A DNA stretch of 64,000 nt from Escherichia phage IME08. Made by a program: the position numbers and the translations under genes. The notes beneath the pieces were generated by a model, which worked only from the letters and a program-made list of their open reading frames with translations, did no database searches and had not been told where the DNA came from. Location: sequence record NC_014260.1; one strand, given 5' to 3'. Positions 27,177-40,506 of this stretch are shown here, in pieces; the stretch's first letter is position 1; each line of letters begins with the position of its first letter.

Positions 27177-27721
27177 TATTCACCACAATAGTTTTGAATT
27201 GATTCCCAGTTCAAAGAACGGAGACCTGTACGATTATACTGGATAACTTCGATGCCTGATTCACGGAGGATATCGTCCCAACCTTCAGGATTTCGGTCAT
27301 AGAGCTCAGCATAAACCAGTGTTTTAATTCCGGACTGCGCAATAGACTTAGCACAATCAGCGCACGGAGATAACGTCACGTACATCGTAGCGCCATCAAT
27401 AGAACTTCCGGTACGAGCTGCAAACAAAATAGCATTCAGTTCAGCATGGATTTCATTTTTAGATGACCATGCAGCGTGAGCCATACGGTGTTCTTTAAGA
27501 AGAACCGATTTATGCGACATTCGAGCTGGGTCATACACAACACGAGTCCAGTCCTGTTCCACAGCGTGGTCGCAACAGTTAACACCACCGGATGGTGAAC
27601 CATTATAGCCTGTAGAGATAATGCGACCATTCTTTTCGATAACCGCACCCACTTTCCATGAACAACATTTTGATTCTTGAGAAATCAGATATGCAATCTG
27701 AAGGTATGTGCTTGCTTTCAT
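27176..27721 (-). CDS. cd: dCMP deaminase
   Basis: 181 aa; zinc-ligand motifs HAELNAI and SPCADCA. Confidence 0.9.
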   Translation of the reverse strand: MKASTYLQIAYLISQESKCCSWKVGAVIEKNGRIISTGYNGSPSGGVNCCDHAVEQDWTRVVYDPARMSHKSVLLKEHRMAHAAWSSKNEIHAELNAILFAARTGSSIDGATMYVTLSPCADCAKSIAQSGIKTLVYAELYDRNPEGWDDILRESGIEVIQYNRTGLRSLNWESIQNYCGE

Positions 27722-28059
27722 TACATCACCACTAGATAAGCTGTATTATTGGTTTCGACACGATATAAATCGGTACGAAGTTTAGTGATAGATTTCACAC
27801 GTGAGGTTAATATACCATAACCGTCTGGGAAGCGTTTTTGTTTATCGAAAAATACCGCCGCCGGAATTCGATCACCAATTTCAACCGGAAGAACAGTAGC
27901 CAGCACAGCATCATATGTTGAAGTATGGATGCTTTGGAAATCTTCACTCAGTTTAAAAAGGTCTTTGATGTACTGAGTAGCCTTTTCAGAGAGACCTCGA
28001 TGGTCTCCGTCTTCGTCAGATTGTAAGGTGGCATTAACTTCTAGTTTTAAATTAAGCAT
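27721..28059 (-). CDS. hypothetical protein (cd.1-like)
   Basis: Start at internal ATG (MLNLKLEV…). Confidence 0.4.
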   Translation of the reverse strand: MLNLKLEVNATLQSDEDGDHRGLSEKATQYIKDLFKLSEDFQSIHTSTYDAVLATVLPVEIGDRIPAAVFFDKQKRFPDGYGILTSRVKSITKLRTDLYRVETNNTAYLVVM

Positions 28060-28288
28060 CAATATACACCCGCTGCGCTTCGACCAAACCATCTGAACCG
28101 AGTTTTAACTGGGTAACCTGGCCACCATTTTTAAGATTAACTATAACCAATACCGCGCGGGGTGTTTCCTGGATTACTCGCAGAGTTGCGTCAGGAAAAC
28201 GTACAGAAACCTTATTAATCAGGGCCTGAGCAAATTCTTTAACTTTAACTTGGAACTGCTCTACAGTAATAGGTTGTTCGCTCAGCAT
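28052..28288 (-). CDS. hypothetical protein
   Basis: 78-aa ORF. Confidence 0.4.
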   Translation of the reverse strand: MLSEQPITVEQFQVKVKEFAQALINKVSVRFPDATLRVIQETPRAVLVIVNLKNGGQVTQLKLGSDGLVEAQRVYIDA

Positions 28289-28842
28289 TAGATTGTCTCC
28301 AACTTAAGTTGTTTGGTAGTGGTAGCTTGGGTAACATCGCCTTTAACAATATAACACACTTGTTGGAACGAACTGGTCAAAAGCTCTTCAGCCTGACGAT
28401 CGGCTTGTTCCTTTGTGTTATGGCGAGAATGAACTTCAATCTTACCATTTTTAACAATAAGCACTTTCCAATCGGCCGGAGTTTTAATAGGTTTGATTTC
28501 AGGGTTCTGGAAAACTAACTGCAGTTCTTTAGGGTCTACCACTTCGATAAAGTATTCGAATTCATGGCTAAAAAAGCCCGCTGAATTAAAAAGAACACTA
28601 TTTGCATCGTCAGGATTACCTGTCATTTTGCTCGGGTCGACAAACATCATCTCGTCATATACACGAATTCGGCTTACACGTTCACGCCCATTATGGTAAT
28701 CAATTTCAACTTCAAACGGATTCATACCCACATACTTAGCAAAAGCTGTATTGAGGCCATAAGCACCGTTATTAGTGAATTTGTTTTTAGTGTATTCACC
28801 AACGAACTTGTAAAACTTACGCTCTTCAAAGAACTTACTCAT
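28288..28842 (-). CDS. hypothetical protein
   Basis: 184-aa ORF. Confidence 0.5.
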   Translation of the reverse strand: MSKFFEERKFYKFVGEYTKNKFTNNGAYGLNTAFAKYVGMNPFEVEIDYHNGRERVSRIRVYDEMMFVDPSKMTGNPDDANSVLFNSAGFFSHEFEYFIEVVDPKELQLVFQNPEIKPIKTPADWKVLIVKNGKIEVHSRHNTKEQADRQAEELLTSSFQQVCYIVKGDVTQATTTKQLKLETI

Positions 28843-28904
28843 TTCGATTTCCTCATTTGTTTCGGTAAGGTCATCATATCACCGTCCTTGGTGAAAGTAA
28901 ACAC

Positions 28905-29183
28905 TTAAATTGCTTCGACAACTACCGTTTGTTTCTGGAAGTCCATTTTGCATGAAATAGCCAAAATGTGGTTATCAATTTTAAATGGAACAATTGCAAA
29001 TGCTGCACCAGGTGTGAGTTGAACAGTGATTGCATCAACTGCATCTGGGAACATGATTTCCAGAATAGCAGACAAACGAGCGTGTACTTTTAGTTCAGTC
29101 GACGTGTCGACGGTTTCGTATAGATAATCAGATACAATCTGACTAAAAACAGTTTTAACAATTTGAGAATAAGTAGGGAACAT
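28905..29183 (-). CDS. hypothetical protein
   Basis: 92-aa ORF. Confidence 0.45.
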   Translation of the reverse strand: MFPTYSQIVKTVFSQIVSDYLYETVDTSTELKVHARLSAILEIMFPDAVDAITVQLTPGAAFAIVPFKIDNHILAISCKMDFQKQTVVVEAI

Positions 29184-29190
29184 AATTACC

Positions 29191-29406
29191 TCAGTGTACT
29201 GTATGGACCTTCACGTTAACAATAAACCGGTCAACGACTTCAGTCAGAGGAACGAACTCAACATAGTATTCGCCTTTGTAACGTTCATTGAGGTCATTAC
29301 GAAGGGCCGCTAGTGAGTTAATGAGGGTAGGAGACATATTCTGACCTACCAGTTTCTGAAGCTCTTTATAAGCTTCTTCTTCAACTTCATGGTGTTTGTT
29401 ATACAT
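29191..29406 (-). CDS. hypothetical protein
   Basis: Start at internal ATG (MYNKHHEVEE…). Confidence 0.4.
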   Translation of the reverse strand: MYNKHHEVEEEAYKELQKLVGQNMSPTLINSLAALRNDLNERYKGEYYVEFVPLTEVVDRFIVNVKVHTVH

Positions 29407-29595
29407 AATGTTCTTCCAAGAAGGCAAGGAGTTCAGGCGCGGATTTAAAAATACCACCATCGACCTTGTCTTCATCTTTATAGTCCATAACATCCAGGCC
29501 AATACGTCCGTCAGTTAAAGGCCATACGCCGAAGAAAAAGCATTTACGTTTTTCAATTTCTTCGATTGTACGAAAAATCTTTTCGATATTATTCA

Positions 29596-29596
<1 letters not shown>
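29399..29596 (-). CDS. hypothetical protein
   Basis: Start ATG overlaps pseT stop (TAATG). Confidence 0.4.
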
Positions 29597-30796
<1,200 letters not shown>

Positions 30797-30800
<4 letters not shown>

Positions 30801-31279
30801 ACGTCAAGTTCCTTATAAAGTTCTTCACGGCAGGTTTTAAGGGTTTTACCCGATTCGTAAGCAACACTTTCAGGAACATCGCCAAGGGTTACTGCGGATT
30901 GCATTTGACCATGGCGTTTAGCCGCATATTCAAAACTTTTCACCAATTCACGAATACGTTCTTTTTCATTATACTCTTCAATGAATTCAGGGTATTCCCA
31001 AACTGGGCGCATCATACGATACCAATGCTGAATAGTAATATAATTACTTCCATCCAGATTAATAATTTGCGAAGGCTTAATAGCGCCCGGAGCATAAAAA
31101 GTTACCTGTCTTACTACATCAATACCGTCCACCATAGCCCAAGCAAAATCAAAAGTTGCCTTCTTTTCAAGTGGTGTACTTGCACAGGACCCTAGCTTAA
31201 GGAGCTTTTGTAATGCAGGCGATTTAACGCCTGAAATGTACTCAGGATTAGCCACAAAACTGTTATCACGTAATGTCAT
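30797..31279 (-). CDS. hypothetical protein
   Basis: Start at internal ATG after GAGGAAA RBS; early promoter upstream. Confidence 0.45.
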
Positions 31280-31313
31280 AGTCATTTCCTCAAATTTTAT
31301 AATCCGTAGGAGC

Positions 31314-31343
31314 ATTATACTCTGCTCCCAAGAGTTTGTAAAC
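31314..31343 (-). promoter_or_regulatory. T4-type early promoter (GTTTAC-N18-TATAAT)
   Basis: Plus-strand ATTATA 31314-31319 and GTAAAC 31338-31343. Confidence 0.5.
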
Positions 31344-31447
31344 TACTTTCCAAAAAGACCATCAATACACATACTGAAAGCAATCCCGAAGCAAAAGAAT
31401 GCGATAGCTAATCTAACGGCATCCCAACCAAGACTACACTCAATCAT
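31343..31447 (-). CDS. small hydrophobic protein, hypothetical
   Basis: 34 aa MIECSLGWDAVRLAIAFFCFGIAFSMCIDGLFGK; ATGA-coupled to o-spanin stop. Confidence 0.3.
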   Translation of the reverse strand: MIECSLGWDAVRLAIAFFCFGIAFSMCIDGLFGK

Positions 31448-31734
31448 TTGCACTTCTCCTCTTTTAACCCGGAACGATAATAACATAACATAGATTTCTG
31501 GTCTTGTACATATCTTTTTACGTCATTCAACCAAATACGATGTTCTTGGGAATCTTCAAATGGCATTCCAACCCAAGCTTTACCATCGATTACCTTAACC
31601 TGCCATTTAACATTATGTTCGGCAATAGGTTGTGGCCATGAAGGATGTAGTTGTTGTTTAGGCACTACAGGAAGCTCCTGAGCACACCCAACTAACAAGC
31701 CAATAGATAATACTACCACAGATAATTTAATCAT
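31444..31734 (-). CDS. pseT.2: o-spanin (outer-membrane lipoprotein, Rz1-like)
   Basis: 96 aa; signal peptide with lipobox LLVGC; directly downstream of i-spanin. Confidence 0.7.
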   Translation of the reverse strand: MIKLSVVVLSIGLLVGCAQELPVVPKQQLHPSWPQPIAEHNVKWQVKVIDGKAWVGMPFEDSQEHRIWLNDVKRYVQDQKSMLCYYRSGLKEEKCK

Positions 31735-32084
31735 TCTGTAATGCTCCTGAAGTCTTCTGTAAAGGAATCGAAGGACTTGTTGATTTGTTTTTCGACCAGT
31801 CCTGGCTTACTTGCCACCACGTGCGCCTTCTTCGAATCTTTACGGAGCTTTTCATTTTCTACCTTAATTTTATCCATTCGGGCATTCATTTCAGTAGTAC
31901 GGAATTCAATATCAGAGTATTGACCACGAAGGTCCTCTACAGCTTCGGCGTTCTGTTTTGCCGTTTGCTGGGTTGTTTTCAGTTCTTCAGTAAGGGTATC
32001 AATACGGCTTGATTGATACGAAATAAAACCGTAAGCACCTACTGCAATGGCTCCAGCTAAAAGGTAAATACTTAATTTAGACAT
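31731..32084 (-). CDS. pseT.3: i-spanin (inner-membrane, Rz-like)
   Basis: 117 aa; N-terminal TM helix followed by coiled-coil-like charged region. Confidence 0.7.
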   Translation of the reverse strand: MSKLSIYLLAGAIAVGAYGFISYQSSRIDTLTEELKTTQQTAKQNAEAVEDLRGQYSDIEFRTTEMNARMDKIKVENEKLRKDSKKAHVVASKPGLVEKQINKSFDSFTEDFRSITE

Positions 32085-32572
32085 TTGGTAATAATCTCGA
32101 TGATGTCATCACGTGACAGGGAATTAATAAGAACTGTTTTAGGATTTTCACACTGAATTTTGTACGTTTCGAACATAAAACACAATTCTTCAGCGGTATG
32201 GTAAGGACTTGAAATGCCAAGGCGATTAAACTTGTCGCTTAATGGGTCACAAATCAAATAGAAAGTGATGCCTGAGATTTTAACATTAGGTTGGCTAATA
32301 TTAATGAACACCTCGGCATCGTACTTGGAAAGGTTGTTTCGGAGAAACTCAACCATAGAGTTAACAGCTTCGGGCATGGCTTCACGCTTTTCTTCTGCAT
32401 AACGGGTAGAGTATTCTTTTTGCTTGATTTTCTTTTTAGCATTTTTGGCTAAAGTAACACGAAGATCGGTCAGGTAACCTACTGCACGAGAACCTTTAAA
32501 AACTTGGATACCGTCAGTAGAGTCACCAAAAGCCTTAACAACCATTTCGTTAGTAATCATTTGCATATTCAT
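32072..32572 (-). CDS. alc: Alc-like inhibitor of host transcription
   Basis: 166 aa (T4 Alc 167 aa), position between spanins and rnlA; early promoter upstream. Confidence 0.6.
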   Translation of the reverse strand: MNMQMITNEMVVKAFGDSTDGIQVFKGSRAVGYLTDLRVTLAKNAKKKIKQKEYSTRYAEEKREAMPEAVNSMVEFLRNNLSKYDAEVFINISQPNVKISGITFYLICDPLSDKFNRLGISSPYHTAEELCFMFETYKIQCENPKTVLINSLSRDDIIEIITKCLN

Positions 32573-32602
32573 TTTGTTTTCTCCTCATTAGTTGGTAAGT
32601 CT

Positions 32603-32631
32603 ATACTAACACATCATGAGGAGATGTAAAC
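32603..32631 (-). promoter_or_regulatory. T4-type early promoter (GTTTAC-N17-TAGTAT)
   Basis: Plus-strand ATACTA 32603-32608 and GTAAAC 32626-32631. Confidence 0.55.
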
Positions 32632-33779
32632 TACTCTACCACAATTTCTTTCAAATATTTTTCAGGGATTTGGGCTTTATGGTTTTTCAAGAACACCGAG
32701 TTAATCTGGTCTACAACCGTATCATAATTAATACCGCCTACGTACGCCTGCATAAGAATAGAGAACAACCCTGGGAAGTCCTTAAGGATTAGCTGTCCGG
32801 TAACGGCATAGTCTTTACGGTCGCGGCCCTTGAGTTGGGAATACGCTGCTTCCAACAAAGCCAATGATTGTTCTAGGTAATCTAAATGGATGCGTTCAAA
32901 GGCATCGATTTTCTCGATAGCAAACGAATCTGTACTGAACAGACCACGAAGGTCGTCAGTTCCACCTGCCACTACAACTTCAAACAAACGTTCGTTATTG
33001 TTAATGGAATCTTTGGTATGATGCAATGCACTGTACCAGGCAGTTTTGAGTTTAAAGAACGTACCATCTTTCAGTACAAAGATGAAACCTTCAATACCCT
33101 CTTGTTTACGGATGTTTTCTACGAAATCACCTTCAGTGAGGTCATAACTTTCAACCAAATGCTTACGCAGGGCCCCATCTTTAAACAGTTCGGCATACGG
33201 AATATATTCACCTGTTTCATTATTACGAACATTCAACAGGATGAGGTTTGTTTCTTGGTAAGCCAGCACGATACGGTTGGTAGGTGCAACATATTCAAGG
33301 TTGCAGGTATACCCAGCTTTGGTGATTTCTTCTAGACGTGCGGCAAAAGCCTCGTTCTCAGGGAGACGAAGGAAGCGTAAAGAATCATGCACCATTGATG
33401 AATGGATAGAGCCTTTAGATTTAACAGAAAGATACTGTCGGTCCATGAATGTAGAAATCAGAGAACCATCTTCCTTAGCCATTACGAGGTCGATATTTTC
33501 TGGCGACAAATCTAGACCGATAGTCAGTGGGTTTTCGTCAAGGTTAAAGAACTTTTGCATAGGACGAGCAGCAATACGTACCGGACCGTTCTCGTCCATT
33601 TCAAACATAATGCCACGGCACTCTAGTGCGCCGTCTTCCAACCAATCACTGTACGATGCATAGTTATAACTAAAGATGCGATAGTTGACTCCTAGCGCAC
33701 TCTGAAAGTCTTTAAAGAAGAACTTAGATTTAGTCGAGTTTTTAACCAGGGCCATCAAGTTATCATATAATTCAATCAT
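32631..33779 (-). CDS. rnlA: RNA ligase 1
   Basis: 382 aa; KEDGSL adenylation motif; position. Confidence 0.85.
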   Translation of the reverse strand: MIELYDNLMALVKNSTKSKFFFKDFQSALGVNYRIFSYNYASYSDWLEDGALECRGIMFEMDENGPVRIAARPMQKFFNLDENPLTIGLDLSPENIDLVMAKEDGSLISTFMDRQYLSVKSKGSIHSSMVHDSLRFLRLPENEAFAARLEEITKAGYTCNLEYVAPTNRIVLAYQETNLILLNVRNNETGEYIPYAELFKDGALRKHLVESYDLTEGDFVENIRKQEGIEGFIFVLKDGTFFKLKTAWYSALHHTKDSINNNERLFEVVVAGGTDDLRGLFSTDSFAIEKIDAFERIHLDYLEQSLALLEAAYSQLKGRDRKDYAVTGQLILKDFPGLFSILMQAYVGGINYDTVVDQINSVFLKNHKAQIPEKYLKEIVVE

Positions 33780-34189
33780 TGCTTTATCCTATGTTGGGTA
33801 TTCCAAGGTGGATTAAATTTCTTTATGAACATTGGCTCTTCAAGAGACATGGTCTCAACTGACATAGTTCCAAGTTCGTTAGTCATCGACAGATTAAAGC
33901 ACTGCCGTGCATAGAACTCTACCTTTTTACCTGCCATTAACGCTTCATGAATCAGAATGGACTTAGTCGAATCTGACGTTTGGTCCTTACGATTAATAGC
34001 GGTTCGGTAGTAGTTGATGCGCTTACGAAGATTTTTAGTCTTCCCGATGTAGACTAGTATATCATCAACCGCTATAGCATATATGACATTTTGTTTATTT
34101 GGTACTGTGAGTGGAGCTATGGTGGCGTCATCTTGGAGTTCTAGGGTGACGTACTTGATAAAGCTAAATTCGTCTGCGATTTCTTTCAT
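33776..34189 (-). CDS. denA: endonuclease II (GIY-YIG family)
   Basis: Internal start MKEIADEF…; VIYAIAVDDILVYIGKT GIY-YIG-like motif; T4 size 136 aa. Confidence 0.8.
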   Translation of the reverse strand: MKEIADEFSFIKYVTLELQDDATIAPLTVPNKQNVIYAIAVDDILVYIGKTKNLRKRINYYRTAINRKDQTSDSTKSILIHEALMAGKKVEFYARQCFNLSMTNELGTMSVETMSLEEPMFIKKFNPPWNTQHRIKQ

Positions 34190-34197
34190 AGCAATAA

Positions 34198-34211
34198 GGG
34201 GCCGAAGCCCC
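34198..34211. terminator. hairpin GGGGC-CGAA-GCCCC (C(UUCG)G on minus transcript)
   Basis: Between nrdB stop and denA start. Confidence 0.5.
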
Positions 34212-34216
34212 ATTCC

Positions 34217-35386
34217 TTAAAAATATTTCTTGTACGATGCCATTACTTTTTCATCAACATCGTTATCAATTTGTGCTACAAGGTAAGAACTGATTTCCAC
34301 TTCCTGAGGAGCAGCCTGTACAGCATCAGAGTTCAGGTATTCGCGAATCCAAGGATAAGGATGGCGAGTAGGGGCATCAGTAATAGGACATGGTAAGCCA
34401 CATTGTTTCATACGAGAAACTGTCAGGTAATCGACAAAAGCACCCATGTTCTGAGTATTTAATCCAGGGCAAGTACCGTCTTTGAACAGGTGAGTGGCCC
34501 ATTCTTTTTCTTGGCGGTTAACTTCCATGAAAATATCAACTGCTTCTTGTTCGCACTCTTGAGCAATTTTAACCCATTCGTCGCCATCAGTACCAAGTTG
34601 AAGCTGACGAATAATGTACTGGGTGCCTTTAAGGTGGAGCTGTTCATCACGTGCAATGAACTTCATAATCTTAGCATTACCTTCCATGATTTCCATGTTC
34701 TTATGGAAGTTAAAGGTACATGCGAAAGATACATAAAAACGAATAGCTTCTAGGGCGTTGATTACATGCAGGCAAAGATAAAGAGAACGCATTAGTTCGT
34801 ATTTGGCCTGTTTTACGCCTTCGCTAAACTCATGATATTCTTCTAAAGCATTCTGATAAAGGCGAGTTTTATCAATAACGTCATCATAATAACGACCAAT
34901 AGATTCAGCACGTTTCATGATGGCGTCATCTAACAGAATTTCATCAAATACCTTAGATGGGTCTGTATAGAGGTTACGCATGATATGGGTATATGAACGA
35001 GAGTGAATGGTTTCACTAAAGGTCCATGTTGCCACCCAAGTATCAAGGCTAGGGTCTGAAATCAAGGCTTGGAGAGCTGCAGAAGGAGCACGACCCTGAA
35101 TACTATCCAGAAGTGATTGATACTTCAGGTTATTGGTAAAAATATTTTGCTGGAATTGTGGAAGCTTATTAAATTGAGCAGCATCCATCATCAAGTTGAC
35201 TTCTTCTGGACGCCAGAAAAAACTCAACTGCTTCTCACAAAGCTCTTCGAACACTTTATGACGTTGGATATCATAACGAGCAATACCCAATCCTGAACCA
35301 AAGAACATCGGCTCGACTAAAACATCAACTGGGGTGGTATTAAAAACTGTAGACATATTATTCTCATTTGTTAGTGACTCATCCAT
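34217..35386 (-). CDS. nrdB: ribonucleotide reductase small subunit (intron-less)
   Basis: 389-aa uninterrupted ORF of full NrdB length. Confidence 0.9.
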   Translation of the reverse strand: MDESLTNENNMSTVFNTTPVDVLVEPMFFGSGLGIARYDIQRHKVFEELCEKQLSFFWRPEEVNLMMDAAQFNKLPQFQQNIFTNNLKYQSLLDSIQGRAPSAALQALISDPSLDTWVATWTFSETIHSRSYTHIMRNLYTDPSKVFDEILLDDAIMKRAESIGRYYDDVIDKTRLYQNALEEYHEFSEGVKQAKYELMRSLYLCLHVINALEAIRFYVSFACTFNFHKNMEIMEGNAKIMKFIARDEQLHLKGTQYIIRQLQLGTDGDEWVKIAQECEQEAVDIFMEVNRQEKEWATHLFKDGTCPGLNTQNMGAFVDYLTVSRMKQCGLPCPITDAPTRHPYPWIREYLNSDAVQAAPQEVEISSYLVAQIDNDVDEKVMASYKKYF

Positions 35387-35409
35387 GAGTCAATTATAAT
35401 CAGATTTTA

Positions 35410-37665
35410 TTAAAGCTTACAAGCTGCACAATCGTCGGCTTTAGGAGTTTCGATTTCGTAGTCATCAGTACCGGAGCCATCACGGGTGTTATGATAATAG
35501 AGATTTTTTCCACCATAATACCAGAAATATAGCAGGTCATCAAGCATTACAGACATCGGAACTTTTCCTTTTGGAAAAATCTGCGGGTCGTAATATGTAT
35601 TCGCTGATGCCGATTGACAAACCCATTTCAACATAATCACTACCTGCGTAAGATAAGGTTTATTACCTTTCTTAGCAAGGGTCCAAGCGTAATCATACAG
35701 CCCTTGGTTATGTTCTACATTAGGAACTACCTGACGGAAGTTACCTTCTTTAGATTCTTTAATACTTACCGGGCCACGCGGAGGTTCGATACCGTTTGTA
35801 GAGTTGGAAACCTGGCTGCTTGATTCGCATGGCATAAGTGCTGATAATGTGCTATTACGGATGCCATGTTTAGCCAAGTCTTCCCGCAACGACGTCCAGT
35901 CACAAACATAGTTAGGGGCTGCGATTTGGTCAATCTTTTTATTGTACCAGTCGATAGGTAGTTCGCCTCGAGACCATTTAGTGTCTGAATAATACTCGCA
36001 AGGTCCTTTTTCTTCGGCCAGCTTGATTGATGCTCGGATAAGTCCATATTGTAATCTCTCAAACAGTTCATGAGTTAAATCGTTTGCGTCTTCATAAGAA
36101 GCAAAGTTGCTTGCTAACCAAGCAGCGTAGTTCGTAACACCAACACCCAGGTTACGACGTTTCTTAGCCTTCAGAGCTTCAGGAACAGGATAATCTTGGT
36201 AGTCTAACAGGTTATCAAGTGCACGTACTTGTACTTCAGCAAGTTCGTTGATTTTGTCTTGGTCCTGCCAATCGAAGTTATCCAGCACAAATGCAGACAA
36301 TGTACACAAGCCAATTTCAGCGTCCGGACTATTCACATCAGTGGTCGGGATAGCAATTTCACAACATAAGTTGCTCTGGCGAATAGGAGCTTTCTCACGA
36401 ATAAATGGTGTGAAGTTGTTAGTGTTATCGACGAACTGAGGATAAATTCGTGCAGTGCCTGAACGTTCAGTCATGAACAATTCGAAGAGGTCACGTGCCT
36501 TAATACGTTTCTTACGAATACTAGGGTCTTTTTCTGCAGCTTCATACAATTCACGGAAACGGTCTTGGTCTTCGAAATAAGAATGGTAAAGCTCACCGCT
36601 CATTTCATGAGGACTAAACAGAGTAATGTAATCATTCTTACCGAAACGTTCCATCATCAGGTCATTCAACTGGATTCCGTAGTCCATATGTCGAATACGG
36701 TTTTCATCAACGCCCTTGTTATTTTTCAGAACGAGCAGATTTTCAACTTCCAAATGCCAAATAGGATAATAAGCAGTAGCAGCGCCGCCACGGATTCCAC
36801 CTTGTGAACATGATTTAACAGCAGTCTGGAAATGTTTCCAGAATGGAATAACACCGGTATGTTTGACTTCACCCATGCCAATACGAGAACCTTCAGCACG
36901 AATCATACCAACGTTGATACCAATACCTGCACGTTTAGAAATGTATTCAATTATCGAGTTAGCAGTTTTGTTAATAGATTTCAGCGAGTCGCCTGCTTCA
37001 ATAACCACACAAGAACTAAATTGGCGAGTCGGTGTACGCGCTCCAGCCATAATAGGGGTAGGCAACGAAACCTGACGAGTACTTACAGCATCATAAAAAC
37101 GAATAATATGTGCTAAACGATTACCGGGTTCTTCTTGGTGTAAGGCCATACCAATACACATGATAGCGAACTGAGGGGTTTCATAGATTTTACCGGTTGT
37201 TTTATCTTTAACCAGATATTTCTCTTTCAGCTGCATTGCGCCTGCATAGGTCAATTCAAAGTCACGTTCATGCTTGATATGAGATTCTAAGAAAGTAATT
37301 TCTTCTGCAGAATATCGAGACAGCAATTCAGGGTCATATTTACCTTCGTTAACACAATAGGAAATATGGTCGATAAAACTACGTGGTTCGAATTGGCCAT
37401 AAACTTCTTTACGCAGTGCAAACATCAATTGCTTTGCAGCAACATATTGGTAATCAGGCTCTTCAACCGAAATAAGGTTGGCTGCGACCTTAACAGTCAG
37501 ATTCTGGATATCTTTGGTAGTCATACCATCACGAAGATGAGATTTGATTTCTTCGTATAATTCATAGGGGTCGATTTGGGTTCCTTCACAGCCCCAAGTC
37601 AGAACTTTAATAATTTTTTGTGCGTCAAAATCTTGGGATACACCGCTACTTTTTTGTACTTGCAT
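35410..37665 (-). CDS. nrdA: ribonucleotide reductase large subunit
   Basis: 751 aa; C-terminal Cys pair; ATP-cone N-terminus. Confidence 0.95.
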   Translation of the reverse strand: MQVQKSSGVSQDFDAQKIIKVLTWGCEGTQIDPYELYEEIKSHLRDGMTTKDIQNLTVKVAANLISVEEPDYQYVAAKQLMFALRKEVYGQFEPRSFIDHISYCVNEGKYDPELLSRYSAEEITFLESHIKHERDFELTYAGAMQLKEKYLVKDKTTGKIYETPQFAIMCIGMALHQEEPGNRLAHIIRFYDAVSTRQVSLPTPIMAGARTPTRQFSSCVVIEAGDSLKSINKTANSIIEYISKRAGIGINVGMIRAEGSRIGMGEVKHTGVIPFWKHFQTAVKSCSQGGIRGGAATAYYPIWHLEVENLLVLKNNKGVDENRIRHMDYGIQLNDLMMERFGKNDYITLFSPHEMSGELYHSYFEDQDRFRELYEAAEKDPSIRKKRIKARDLFELFMTERSGTARIYPQFVDNTNNFTPFIREKAPIRQSNLCCEIAIPTTDVNSPDAEIGLCTLSAFVLDNFDWQDQDKINELAEVQVRALDNLLDYQDYPVPEALKAKKRRNLGVGVTNYAAWLASNFASYEDANDLTHELFERLQYGLIRASIKLAEEKGPCEYYSDTKWSRGELPIDWYNKKIDQIAAPNYVCDWTSLREDLAKHGIRNSTLSALMPCESSSQVSNSTNGIEPPRGPVSIKESKEGNFRQVVPNVEHNQGLYDYAWTLAKKGNKPYLTQVVIMLKWVCQSASANTYYDPQIFPKGKVPMSVMLDDLLYFWYYGGKNLYYHNTRDGSGTDDYEIETPKADDCAACKL

Positions 37666-37793
37666 AATTTCCTCAATGTGTTAGGTTCTACAATTATTCT
37701 ATCATAGAACCTGTTAAGCATGGACTGATATTTATAGAATGAAATTCAGTCCGACCATAATAACCAAAAACAGAGTACAGATTATTTGAATTT

Positions 37794-39482
<1,689 letters not shown>

Positions 39483-39507
39483 TTTATTCTCCTTAGTTGA
39501 CAAGGCT

Positions 39508-39537
39508 ATAGTATCACTACCATAGCCTGAGGTAAAC
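39508..39537 (-). promoter_or_regulatory. T4-type early promoter (GTTTAC-N18-TACTAT)
   Basis: Plus-strand ATAGTA 39508-39513 and GTAAAC 39532-39537. Confidence 0.5.
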
Positions 39538-39765
39538 TTATTTTTGAATTAGGCCCATATAAAATTTAGCGTCTTCCGGGTGCATACCGTCACAATACTC
39601 GACAGCCATAAAGCGGGTAAGGTCTTCAAGAGGACCTTGGACTTCAATTTGCATACTACAGAATTGCGTATCTTTAATATGGGTCATAACTAAAGAAGGA
39701 TAACGATTACGGATAACTTCGTAAGTGTATTCAAAATCAACGATATCAATATTAACCTTAGCCAT
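39538..39765 (-). CDS. hypothetical small protein (frd.2-like)
   Basis: Start ATG 39765 after GAGGAAA RBS. Confidence 0.4.
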   Translation of the reverse strand: MAKVNIDIVDFEYTYEVIRNRYPSLVMTHIKDTQFCSMQIEVQGPLEDLTRFMAVEYCDGMHPEDAKFYMGLIQK

Positions 39766-39797
39766 TTTATTTTCCTCACTCATTAGTTGATAGGTCT

Positions 39798-39826
39798 ATA
39801 GTATCATGTTTAAAGCAGATGTAAAC
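39798..39826 (-). promoter_or_regulatory. T4-type early promoter (GTTTAC-N17-TACTAT)
   Basis: Plus-strand ATAGTA 39798-39803 and GTAAAC 39821-39826; conserved TTGATAGGTCTATAGTA cassette. Confidence 0.55.
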
Positions 39827-39828
39827 AC

Positions 39829-40089
39829 TTATTTTTGAATTTTATCAAGCCATTTACCAAGCTTAATCATTTCTTTGGTAGCTTTTTCCATACTTCTGAA
39901 TTTAACCAGTAAAGGTTGTGCATCAACACCCATAACTAAAGTGGTTACAAGACTATGTTCACCTACAAGCCATAACGAATACGTTTGGATATCGAGCCCG
40001 TAATTTCGGTCTTTATGAACTCGTACACCCATCACTTCAAATTTCTCACTGGCTTTTTCTACTGCATCCAGGAAATCATCTTTAGTCAT
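39829..40089 (-). CDS. hypothetical protein (frd.3-like)
   Basis: Start at internal ATG 40089, 1 nt after upstream stop. Confidence 0.4.
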   Translation of the reverse strand: MTKDDFLDAVEKASEKFEVMGVRVHKDRNYGLDIQTYSLWLVGEHSLVTTLVMGVDAQPLLVKFRSMEKATKEMIKLGKWLDKIQK

Positions 40090-40090
40090 A

Positions 40091-40477
40091 TTAGGCCTTA
40101 AAAGTTTTTTGCAAAAGTTCAATGATTTGGTCAACGTTCTGTTCGGTGACAATGCAATGGATTTGAGTCACGCCCGCCTTAGTAACGGGTTCGTCAACTT
40201 CGTCTTGTTCAGCACATTCACGGAAGCAATAGAATTCATCTTCGTGCAATTCAAAATAATTTGGCACCAACCCAACTTCATTATAAGTCTCGCCGTTAGC
40301 GCATTCGATTTCAGTCACAAATTTGTCGCCATCCATAGTCAACATATCCTTTACTTCAAACCAACCGCCGTTGTCTTGGATAAGGTCGACCATGCTTTTA
40401 TTATTTTCATATTCGTCCATTTCAATAAAGTCTTTAATGCATTCAGGACGAAGTTCATATTTTTTACCGATTTCCAT
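40091..40477 (-). CDS. hypothetical acidic protein
   Basis: 128-aa ORF with GAGGAAA RBS and early promoter. Confidence 0.5.
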   Translation of the reverse strand: MEIGKKYELRPECIKDFIEMDEYENNKSMVDLIQDNGGWFEVKDMLTMDGDKFVTEIECANGETYNEVGLVPNYFELHEDEFYCFRECAEQDEVDEPVTKAGVTQIHCIVTEQNVDQIIELLQKTFKA

Positions 40478-40506
40478 TTTTATTTCCTCATGTAGTTGAT
40501 AGGTCT